DNA of 53,471 bases from an uncultured Pirellulales bacterium (GTDB taxonomy: Bacteria > Planctomycetota > Planctomycetia > Pirellulales > Lacipirellulaceae): assembly GCA_947258835.1 (NCBI GenBank), contig CAMYJY010000002.1, positions 10,692 to 64,162 on the forward strand. Reading direction: 5' to 3'. Under the pieces are notes generated by a model, which searched no databases, was not told the origin of the DNA, and saw only the letters and a list, made by a program, of their open reading frames with translations. Both the position numbers and the translations under genes were made by a program. Positions 37,002-45,183 of this stretch are shown one piece after another; position 1 is the stretch's first letter; each line of letters begins with the position of its first letter.

Positions 37002-37559
37002 ATGGGTGCTCTTGTTCCACCGCAGCCCGTCTTACTGGTGATGGCCGTGTGCAGCCGTTATGGCGAGGCCCTCGACTGGGCGGCGGCGCGTGCCGCGGCG
37101 GCCTATGGGCCGTTGCTTTGCCAAAGTGAGGCCTTTGACTTTACCGAGACCGACTATTACCAGGCCACGATGGGGTCGGAGCTGAAGAAGCAGTTTCTTG
37201 CTTTCCACAACCTGATTGATCCCGGTGATATTTCGCGAGTCAAGCGGACCACCAATGATTGGGAAGCTGAGTACGCCGCAGTCATTGATTGTCCGGAGCA
37301 GCGACCGCTGAATCTGGATCCCGGCTACCTCACACTGGCCAAGCTCGTCTTGGCAACGACTAAAGATCACGCCCACCGACTTTATGTGGGCGACGAGATC
37401 TACGCGGAGGTGACCCTCACCTTCCGTGGGAAGCGGTGGCAAAAAAATGACTGGACCTATCCCGACTATCAGCGGCCGGACTATCACAATTTTTTCACCA
37501 GTTGTCGCCAATCCTTGCAGGAGCGGAGACGCCAAGGAGAGCCGTTTGACGGTGAATAA
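37002..37559 (+). CDS. DUF4416-like protein
   Basis: FTETDYY...MG, RPLNLDPGYL, KLVLATTKDHAHRLY and WTYPDY motifs. Confidence 0.85.
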   Translation: MGALVPPQPVLLVMAVCSRYGEALDWAAARAAAAYGPLLCQSEAFDFTETDYYQATMGSELKKQFLAFHNLIDPGDISRVKRTTNDWEAEYAAVIDCPEQRPLNLDPGYLTLAKLVLATTKDHAHRLYVGDEIYAEVTLTFRGKRWQKNDWTYPDYQRPDYHNFFTSCRQSLQERRRQGEPFDGE

Positions 37560-37573
37560 TTGGTCGCAGTACA

Positions 37574-38761
37574 ATGAACCGCATGAAAAAAATTCTGGCA
37601 TGGGTCATTGCTTCGGTACTGCTGGGGCTCGGTGTGGGGGCAGGCGTGGCCTACTTTGAGACCCGCCCGCCGGTGACTCCAGGGCCTGACCGCCCCGTCC
37701 ACAGCGCAGAGGCACCTGTCCGCGGCGTGCCTACCCTCGAGATAGCGGAGACGATGTTTGACTTCGAGATTATGGCCCTGGGGGAGTCGATGCGCCATGA
37801 TTTCGAGCTGGCCAATACGGGCCAGGTGCCGCTGGTGTTGCGTTTGGAGTCCAGCACCTGCCAATGCACGGGGGTGGAAATGGGAGGGAAGCCGGTCGAG
37901 GAGGGGCAAAGCATCTCCGTGCCGCCCGGGGAGCAGGCGCAGATTACCTTGGGATGGGTAGCCAAAACATCCACGGGACCTTTTCGGCATGGGGCACAAT
38001 TTTCGACCAATGATCCGTTGCAATCTTCGCTGCGGTTGGCAGTCGACGGGCACGTCTTGCAGCCGGCAGAGATGTTACCGGCCGGCTTAATGTTTGGTAC
38101 GGTCCAGGCGGGTGAGACCGCGGAGGCCGAGTTGCACCTGATGTCGTATGTCGATCAAGAGCTGGAAATACTCGAGTGGGAGGTGAGCCCGGACGGAGTG
38201 AGCGCTCAGCTGGATGTTCAGATTGCCGAGGCCCAGCAGAGCGAACTTCCCGACTCCGCAGCCAACCATGGCCTGAAGGTGACCGCCAGCTATCGCTCGG
38301 GGGCTATCTTGGGGCCGTTACGGGGTTGGTTGACGCTGCGGACAAATTTGCCCCATGCGGAGGAATTCACGGCACCGATTGCTGGCCGCGTGATCGGACC
38401 GATCTCGCTGTATGGTCCGGGCTGGGATGCCAAGAGAGGCCTGTTGCGTATCGGCCCCGTGGCCGCGGACGAGGGCAAGGTGGTGCGCTTGAATATGGCC
38501 GTTCGTGGCGAACATGCGGAGACAACAGAGTTCTCCATGGATCGTATTGACCCGCCCGAGCTACAAGTTCGCTTGGGTGCGGGCCGGAAAATGGGCGCAG
38601 CGTTATTCCATGTTCCGCTGGAGGTGGAGATTCCCCCCCACACCCGACCGCTGGTGCGCATGGGCGCTCCCACCAGCTCGGACGCTGTGATCGTGTTGGG
38701 TACGAACCATCCCCAGGTCCAACAAGTAAAAATGCGGGTCCACTTTTCGGTCAGCCGCTAG
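37574..38761 (+). CDS. Secreted DUF1573-like Ig-fold protein
   Basis: Signal/anchor helix; FDFEIM...HDFELANTGQVPL...STCQCT...VPPGE...TNDP pattern. Confidence 0.8.
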   Translation: MNRMKKILAWVIASVLLGLGVGAGVAYFETRPPVTPGPDRPVHSAEAPVRGVPTLEIAETMFDFEIMALGESMRHDFELANTGQVPLVLRLESSTCQCTGVEMGGKPVEEGQSISVPPGEQAQITLGWVAKTSTGPFRHGAQFSTNDPLQSSLRLAVDGHVLQPAEMLPAGLMFGTVQAGETAEAELHLMSYVDQELEILEWEVSPDGVSAQLDVQIAEAQQSELPDSAANHGLKVTASYRSGAILGPLRGWLTLRTNLPHAEEFTAPIAGRVIGPISLYGPGWDAKRGLLRIGPVAADEGKVVRLNMAVRGEHAETTEFSMDRIDPPELQVRLGAGRKMGAALFHVPLEVEIPPHTRPLVRMGAPTSSDAVIVLGTNHPQVQQVKMRVHFSVSR

Positions 38762-38769
38762 TCCGCCAC

Positions 38770-39163
38770 GGGGTCTGGCTCATTTTTTCGGCGCGGTGGG
38801 CCCTTTTTCCAACACCCAGCACAATCGCCGAAAAAATGTGCCTGACCCCCTCGAACGACCCTACCGATGGGACGCAGTCACAAGAGGTTCGACAACATCT
38901 GCAAACAACCTCTGGCAGCCGCACCGTCCAGGCGGGTCGCCGACTTGGACTACACTCATTTCAACAAGCCCGTTCCAGCACTCCCCCTCCCTAAGCAGGA
39001 TTGCAGCTGCGGAGGGAATGCCGGAGGTGTCCAGCGGCCGGGAGGGATGGCAGTACCCCACGGTTGTGGAACGTGCAGCACGAGCCTAATCCGGAACGAA
39101 ACTGGAGGTGTCCAGCGGCCGGGAGGGATGGCAGTACCAAAACGTTGTGGAACGTGCATTAAA
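38770..39163. repeat. Mosaic repeat cluster
   Basis: CCTGACCCC inverted element (38770-38849), CTACCGATG.GACGCAGTCACAAGAGG, ATCTGCAAACAACCTCTGGC, AAGCCCGTTCCAGCAC, and two GGAGGTGTCCAGCGGCCGGGAGGGATGGCAGTACC units 81 bp apart. Confidence 0.9.
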
Positions 39164-39189
39164 GTCATCTGTTTGATCGCGAGCTAAGT

Positions 39190-40803
39190 ATGCCAATGCG
39201 AGCGGGTTTTACTATCTGGAGACGAGCACTGCCGGCGCGACGGCGAGGGCCCGTCGCTGCCGTGGTTGCCGTTGCTGCCGCCTTCTTATGGCTGGGCTTG
39301 TCGCCCATCCGGCTACCTGCTGGTGAGGCGGCCGGCGGGAAAAAATTTCCCACCCGCCAGGCCGAAATTGCTGATGCGGTGTTGCGGAATGGCGAGATTT
39401 TTTCAGATTGGCCGCGGCCGCAGTTGGCACTTGTATTTTCTGGGGAGATGGATGGCTATGTCGAGCCGTGTGGTTGTGCCGGCTTGGATAATCAAAAAGG
39501 GGGTCTCAAGCGGCGTCATACCTTGTTGCGACAGCTGCAGGAGCGGGGCTGGCCGCTGGTACCGCTGGATCTGGGGGGGTTGGTCCGTCGTGTTGGTCCG
39601 CAAGCAGAGATGAAGTACCGTTTTGCCCTGAAATCGTTGTTGGAGATGGGGTATCCGGCGGTGGGCTTTGGGGCCCGTGAACTCCAATTAAGCACCGACG
39701 CGGTGATTTACGCGCTGGCGAATCTCGAGCTCGGAAAAAATCCCTTGGTATCGGCGAACGTAGCCGTGTTTGATTTTGACAGTGGCTTTTCTCGAAAATA
39801 CCGTGTGATCGAGCAGGCTGGCCAGCGAATCGGGGTGACGTCAGTATTAGGCCAGCGGCATGCCGGGGCCTTACGGAACGCGTCGGATGTCCTGTGGGTG
39901 GACCCCGAGCAAGCGCTGCGAGAGGTCGTGCCTCAGCTGGCCGGTGAGAACTGCGATCTGTCCATCTTGCTGGTGCATGGTGAACCCGAGGAGGCCCGCC
40001 AGTTGGCCAGGAAATTTCCTCAATTCCAGTTGGTAGCCACTGCGGGCGGCGCGGAGGAGCCTCCCCATCGCATGGAACGGATTGAGGGCACTGACAATAC
40101 CCCACTGATTGAAGTCGGGCACAAGGGAATGTATGTCATGGTGTTGGGGATCTATCCGGATGCAGCGGAACCTTATCGTATGCAGCGGGTGCCGCTCGAC
40201 CACCGTTTTGAAGATTCCGAGGCGATGCAGCGGATGTTGGTGGCCTATCAGGATGAGCTGCAAGATACAGGTTTGGAGGGATTGGGAATTACCGGCGTGG
40301 CGCATCCCACCGACGAGTTTGTCGGTTCGGCCGTCTGTGCGGACTGCCATACCGAGGCCGCCGAGGTGTTTGAAAACACATCGCATGCCCACGCCATGGG
40401 GTCGCTGGTCGAACTGGACCCACCCCGGCATTATGATCCCGAGTGTTTGAGTTGCCATGTGGTGGGCTGGGAGCCACAGAAGTATTTTCCCTACAACTCG
40501 GGTTATTTAAGTCTCGAAAAAACCCCCCATCTCATGAACAACGGCTGCGAGAACTGCCACGGCCCCGGCAAAACGCATGTGGCGGCGGAATCCGGAGAGG
40601 TGGACGCGGATGAGGCCGAGTTGGAACGCTTGCGGGCTCGGATGCGGCTGCAGATTGTGGAGAACGAAGGCAATCAGGAGGGGCAGGTTTTTGAAGAGGG
40701 CGTGGTGGTCAAGATGTGTATGCAGTGCCACGATTTGGATAACAGCCCGGCGTTTGATTTTCAGGAGTACTGGCCCCACGTGGAGCACTATGGGAAGGAC
40801 TGA
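39190..40803 (+). CDS. Secreted tetraheme cytochrome c (c554-like) fused to a 5'-nucleotidase/metallophosphoesterase-like N-terminal domain
   Basis: Four CXXCH motifs (CADCH, CLSCH, CENCH, CMQCH); N-terminal SGEMDGYVEPCGC...GGLKRR, LDLG, VSANV; signal peptide. Confidence 0.88.
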   Translation: MPMRAGFTIWRRALPARRRGPVAAVVAVAAAFLWLGLSPIRLPAGEAAGGKKFPTRQAEIADAVLRNGEIFSDWPRPQLALVFSGEMDGYVEPCGCAGLDNQKGGLKRRHTLLRQLQERGWPLVPLDLGGLVRRVGPQAEMKYRFALKSLLEMGYPAVGFGARELQLSTDAVIYALANLELGKNPLVSANVAVFDFDSGFSRKYRVIEQAGQRIGVTSVLGQRHAGALRNASDVLWVDPEQALREVVPQLAGENCDLSILLVHGEPEEARQLARKFPQFQLVATAGGAEEPPHRMERIEGTDNTPLIEVGHKGMYVMVLGIYPDAAEPYRMQRVPLDHRFEDSEAMQRMLVAYQDELQDTGLEGLGITGVAHPTDEFVGSAVCADCHTEAAEVFENTSHAHAMGSLVELDPPRHYDPECLSCHVVGWEPQKYFPYNSGYLSLEKTPHLMNNGCENCHGPGKTHVAAESGEVDADEAELERLRARMRLQIVENEGNQEGQVFEEGVVVKMCMQCHDLDNSPAFDFQEYWPHVEHYGKD

Positions 40804-40836
40804 GCGGGATGTGCCACCCTGGGGAAACCGTGGGCT

Positions 40837-41844
40837 TCATCCAAAGCCGTACGGTGGATGCTGTTTCCCTTTTTCGGTGATGATGCCGGTTACCAGCTCG
40901 TGCGGCGTGACATCGAAGGCCGGGTTATAGACCCGCACGCCCTCCGCCGCCCCCACTTCGGCCGGGTCCCGCTGCTCGATGGGAATCAGGCTTCCATCCG
41001 CCAGCGTGGCGTCGATGGTGGAGGTTGGCGCGGCCACATAAAACGGAATGTCATGGTGGCGGGCTAGCACGGCCAAACCGTAGGTGCCGATTTTGTTGGC
41101 CACGTCGCCGTTGGCCGCAATCCGATCGGAACCGACCAGGACCAGGTCGATCTTCCCCGCTTGCATCTGACTTGCGGCCATGTTGTCGCACATCGTGACC
41201 ACATCAATCCCCGCGCGATGCAGCTCCCAGGCCGTCAGCCGTGAGCCCTGCAGCAAGGGACGTGTCTCATCGGAATACACCGTAAACTTTCGCCCTTCGG
41301 CATGCGCGGCATACAGGGGGGCCAGCGCGGTGCCATAATCCCCCGTAGCCAGCGCGCCGGCATTGCAGTGGGTGAGGATGCCCATCCCCTCTTCCATCAG
41401 TGACTTGCCGTGCGCGCCGATGGCCTGACACCGGCGGATATCTTCCTCCAGAATACCCAAGGCCGTGTGGAGTAATTCGTCGATGTTGTGGGCCTGACGG
41501 CAACGGTCCAGCGCCCAAAATAGATTGACTGCCGTTGGCCGGGAGGCCGCCAGCTGATCCGCGAGTTGCTGCACACCGGTTGAGAAATTGGCTGGCTCGA
41601 GATGTTGGGCGCAGGCCGCTAGTCCCAAGGCGGCCGCACAGCCGATGGCGGGCGCGCCGCGGACGGCCAGCCGCCGGATGGCCGCCACCAGCGGATCGAT
41701 CGTATCGAATTCCAAATACACCAGCTCCCGCGGCAGCTTGGTCTGATCGATGATCCGCAGCTTGCCGGGGAGTCGTTGGTGGCTGTCTTCACAGCCGGCC
41801 AAGATGTTTCCCTCGGCAGTCATCCAGCGTACGGTTTCCAACAT
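40837..41844 (-). CDS. mtnA: Methylthioribose-1-phosphate isomerase
   Basis: IDQTKLP, VRGAPAIG, SRPTAVNL, LTHCNAGALAT, ETRPLLQGSRLTAWEL, NKIGTY and NPAFDVTP motifs; start placed at ATG 41844. Confidence 0.96.
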   Translation of the reverse strand: MLETVRWMTAEGNILAGCEDSHQRLPGKLRIIDQTKLPRELVYLEFDTIDPLVAAIRRLAVRGAPAIGCAAALGLAACAQHLEPANFSTGVQQLADQLAASRPTAVNLFWALDRCRQAHNIDELLHTALGILEEDIRRCQAIGAHGKSLMEEGMGILTHCNAGALATGDYGTALAPLYAAHAEGRKFTVYSDETRPLLQGSRLTAWELHRAGIDVVTMCDNMAASQMQAGKIDLVLVGSDRIAANGDVANKIGTYGLAVLARHHDIPFYVAAPTSTIDATLADGSLIPIEQRDPAEVGAAEGVRVYNPAFDVTPHELVTGIITEKGKQHPPYGFG

Positions 41845-41919
41845 CCGGTTGTTCCTTTTCGGGGGAAATCGGGTTATACCAGGACTATTTCCAGATAGCA
41901 ACGCGACGGGAAGCTGACC

Positions 41920-42633
41920 ATGTTGGAACAGAAACAGGCCGTGGCCGACTGCATGAACCGCCTCTACCGGCAGGGGCTGACGACCACCTCCGGAGGCAAT
42001 GTTTCGCTACGGATTGGCGATGACCTGCTGTTGGTAACCCCGTCGGCCACCGATAAGGGGCGGATGACTGCCGAGCAGATCGTCGAGATGGGGCTGGACG
42101 GAGCCAATCGTACCCCCCAGCATACAAGCCGCTCCCAGAGTCTTACTGAGGGTATCCAGCGGCCGGGAGGGCTTGCAACACCAGACGATTTAGCGACGTG
42201 TATTAGATTCAGCGGCGAGACTCCGCTGCACTTGGAAATCTATCGGCGTCGTCCGGATGTGCGGGCGATTGTCCATGCCCACCCGCCGGTGGCCAGTGCC
42301 TTCACCGCAGTCGACAGGCAACTGAATGTGCGTCTCATTGCAGAGTCCTACGCCATCCTGGGCGAACCGGCCGTGGCCCCGTATGCCCTCACCGGCACCG
42401 CGGAGTTAGCGGAGGCGGTGGCCAGTGCGCTGGTGGGGAGTACGTGCTGCGTCCTCATGAAAAATCATGGGGTACTGACGGTGGGCAGCACCCTGCTGGA
42501 GGCCTTTGATCGTCTGGAGGTGCTGGAGAATGCGGCCAAGATCACCTTGCTGGTCAGCCAGTTGGGCACGGCGGTCGAACTGAACCCGCAGCAGCTGGCG
42601 GAACTTGATCGGTGGGCGGGACGTACGGGCTGA
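41920..42633 (+). CDS. Class II aldolase/adducin family protein (FucA-like)
   Basis: GGNVS, VTPSATDKG, SGETPLH, VHAHP and KNHG zinc motifs; insertion of about 28 aa before SGE. Confidence 0.92.
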   Translation: MLEQKQAVADCMNRLYRQGLTTTSGGNVSLRIGDDLLLVTPSATDKGRMTAEQIVEMGLDGANRTPQHTSRSQSLTEGIQRPGGLATPDDLATCIRFSGETPLHLEIYRRRPDVRAIVHAHPPVASAFTAVDRQLNVRLIAESYAILGEPAVAPYALTGTAELAEAVASALVGSTCCVLMKNHGVLTVGSTLLEAFDRLEVLENAAKITLLVSQLGTAVELNPQQLAELDRWAGRTG

Positions 42634-42668
42634 CCACCCGGGCTGACCACCGAGCGGGCTGACCACCG
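42627..42668. repeat. GGGCTGACCACC x3 between convergent genes
   Basis: Directly visible; the first unit contains the aldolase stop codon. Confidence 0.8.
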
Positions 42669-42671
42669 CGG

Positions 42672-43424
42672 TTAGTTACGCTCCAGCTCGGCCAGGGCCT
42701 GCTCCGGGATGTTGAAGTTGGCGGCCACTTTTTGGACGTCGTCATGGTCGTCGAGCTGATCCATCAGCTGCAGGACTTTGCGGGCCGTTTCTGCGTCGAG
42801 GTCAATCGTGTCGTTGGGGATCCGGCTCAGTTCGCAGGCCTCGTGGGGGATGCCGGCTGCCGCCAGGGCCTCTTGCACGGCGGCAAAATTATCGGGGTCG
42901 CTGATAACTTCGAACTTATCGTCCACCGTTTTCACGTCTTCCGCGCCGGCCTCCAGGGCCAGTTCGAGGAGTTGTTCTTCATCCGTTTGTGCCGCATCGA
43001 TGATGACGATGCCTTTTCGCTCAAACATCCAAGCCACGCAGCCGGTGGCGCCGAGCTTGCCACCTGCCAGCTCGAAGATTTTTTTGACTTCGGGGGCGGT
43101 GCGATTGCGGTTGTCGGTGAGGATTTCGCACAGCACCGCCACCCCGCCCGGACCATAGCCCTCATACAACACCTCATCCAGATTGCCGCCTTCCAGCTCG
43201 CCGGTGCCCTTCTTGATGGCCCGTTCGATATTGTCCTTCGGCATGCTCACGTCTTTGGCATCTTGGATGGCATACCGCAAGCGGAGATTGGTATCCGGAT
43301 CGCCACCACCTGTTTTGGCGGCGACGATGATGGCCCGTGAGAGTTTGCTCCAGACCTTGCCTCGTTTGTTGTCGATGAGGGCCTTTTTGTGCTTGATGCC
43401 GGCCCAATGCGAGTGTCCTGCCAT
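42672..43424 (-). CDS. yebC: YebC/PmpR family protein
   Basis: MAGHSHWAGIKHKK, YEGYGPGG, LTDNRNRT and DDHDDVQKV motifs. Confidence 0.97.
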   Translation of the reverse strand: MAGHSHWAGIKHKKALIDNKRGKVWSKLSRAIIVAAKTGGGDPDTNLRLRYAIQDAKDVSMPKDNIERAIKKGTGELEGGNLDEVLYEGYGPGGVAVLCEILTDNRNRTAPEVKKIFELAGGKLGATGCVAWMFERKGIVIIDAAQTDEEQLLELALEAGAEDVKTVDDKFEVISDPDNFAAVQEALAAAGIPHEACELSRIPNDTIDLDAETARKVLQLMDQLDDHDDVQKVAANFNIPEQALAELERN

Positions 43425-43444
43425 ACGACTGCAATTTTCCTGAG

Positions 43445-44560
43445 TTACTTGGGTTTCCGCTGGGAGGCCTTCTTTTTGGTGGTCGCTTTTTTCTTGGCGG
43501 GTGCCTTCTTTTTTACGACCTTGGTTTTTTTCTTGGGGGTCTTCTTCTTGGTGGGGCTCTTCGACGCCGTTTTCTGCGGAGCCGATTTTTTCTTGGCGGG
43601 AGTCTTTTTCTTAGGCGGGGATTTCTTCTTCGGCGAGGCCTTTTTCTTGGTCGGGGCCTTGGGCGGCGCTTTCTTCTGGACGGGCTTTTTCTTGTCCGGG
43701 GAAGCGGCCGCGGCAGCTGGCGGTTTGGCCGACTTGGTGGCCGTGGATGACTTCGCGGTCGTGGTCGACTTGGCGGTCGTGCTTGACTTGGCGGTGCCGG
43801 CAGATTTGGCGGTGCCGGCAGATTTGGTGGTGGTCGACTTCGCGGCAGTGGCCGGAGCCGGCCGAGGCGCCTTTTTGGCCGGTCTTTTCGGGAGGCGGTC
43901 TTTGCAGTCGGGATTGATTTCCAGGAGCAACTTGCGAATCTTGGGACCGTAGGGGCTCCGCCGCAGTTCCACGCCCAGCTGATGCAATAGCGTACTGGTT
44001 TCCACGCCCTTGCTCTTGGGGACGGCACGCTCCAGCCCCGGGACGCTGCCCTTGGCGAACTCATTATCGGAAATCACGCCCACCACACGCATGGATTCCA
44101 GCAGGCCCCCATTGACGGGGATGGCATGACCGCCGAGGGCATTTTGTGTCACATACGACACGATAAAGGGGGTGGAGCCGTTGTATTTTTCGATGGTTTT
44201 GACGGTTTGACCGATGTTTTGCTTTTTCATCGGTTCCAGGTCAAACGTGTAATGCGTTTCAAAAACACTTTGCAAGACGCGCTTTAAGCGCACCGCCGAC
44301 TCGGACGGGTCATTGAGGGGTTTCATGACCAGGGTCAGTTCGCGGATCGATGAAACCCGCACTTCATTCCAGTCAAAATAGTCTTTCGTTAAGACCTCAA
44401 AGACTTCCGTGCTCGGGCCAAGCAGTGAATTTTCCAGGCAGCAAGCAAAGAGCAGGTGCTCTAGGAGCGAATGCTCCGGCTGCGCCTTCACGGGTTGGTA
44501 GTGCCGTTTCAGAATCTTGAGAACCTTGGCGATCATGGTCGCGCGGTTATTACTTGCCAT
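43445..44560 (-). CDS. Degenerate HhH-GPD/endonuclease III-like protein with Lys/Ala/Pro-rich histone H1-like tail
   Basis: DWNEVRVS and HAIPVN; tail of about 145 aa with KKAPPKAPTKKK-type repeats. Confidence 0.78.
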   Translation of the reverse strand: MASNNRATMIAKVLKILKRHYQPVKAQPEHSLLEHLLFACCLENSLLGPSTEVFEVLTKDYFDWNEVRVSSIRELTLVMKPLNDPSESAVRLKRVLQSVFETHYTFDLEPMKKQNIGQTVKTIEKYNGSTPFIVSYVTQNALGGHAIPVNGGLLESMRVVGVISDNEFAKGSVPGLERAVPKSKGVETSTLLHQLGVELRRSPYGPKIRKLLLEINPDCKDRLPKRPAKKAPRPAPATAAKSTTTKSAGTAKSAGTAKSSTTAKSTTTAKSSTATKSAKPPAAAAASPDKKKPVQKKAPPKAPTKKKASPKKKSPPKKKTPAKKKSAPQKTASKSPTKKKTPKKKTKVVKKKAPAKKKATTKKKASQRKPK

Positions 44561-44618
44561 CGTCGGAAGTCTCTACATAAACAGTGGATGAAAAATGCTG
44601 GGGAAACGCGTTTGCCGC

Positions 44619-45050
44619 TTAGTTCGGATCGGGCACTTCGGGAGGAGGCGACGCATCATCCAAGATGGTATTTTCCAGGGGCGTTGTGGCTGGCGGTGCT
44701 TCCGTCGCTGCGGGGAGGACTTCGTCCAGCACCTTGGCAATTGCAATCGACTTTTTCACACCCAGATCCAGTTCAAAACGAATTCTCGGCGTGTAGCGCG
44801 TGTCGATCCGTTTGGATATTTTCTGCTGCAGGTAGCCTGCCGAACTGTTCAGGCCCTGGAGGCACAGTTTTTGTGCCGTGTCGTCTCCCATGATCGAGAC
44901 ATGCACCTTGGAATGGCGCATGTCGGGGGTGACCTCCACATAGGTCACGGTGACACCCTCGATGCGGGGGTCTTTCAAGTCGGCCAGGATGGCCATGCTG
45001 ACCACTTCGCGAATTGCTTCCGCTGCTTTTAAGACACGTCGAGAAGTCAT
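44619..45050 (-). CDS. rbfA: 30S ribosome-binding factor RbfA
   Basis: LKDPRI, VTYVEVTPDMRHSKV and RYTPRIRFELD motifs; directly after infB. Confidence 0.96.
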   Translation of the reverse strand: MTSRRVLKAAEAIREVVSMAILADLKDPRIEGVTVTYVEVTPDMRHSKVHVSIMGDDTAQKLCLQGLNSSAGYLQQKISKRIDTRYTPRIRFELDLGVKKSIAIAKVLDEVLPAATEAPPATTPLENTILDDASPPPEVPDPN

Positions 45051-45183
45051 GTTGCCGCTCAAAAAATTAGGGCACTTTGCCGTGCGTGGACCCGTCCGCG
45101 GCGCATCTCGGACGGGCTCGTCGCTGCAGGCGTGGGACTGTCACATGGAATCTGGTGGGAGGATCGATACGGCACGGCCGGGC

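Noticed and set aside
39021-39163. Possible mini-CRISPR (two ~35-bp repeats 81 bp apart)
   Set aside because: Only two units, similarity continues into the supposed spacer, and dispersed copies occur at 42147 and 49635.
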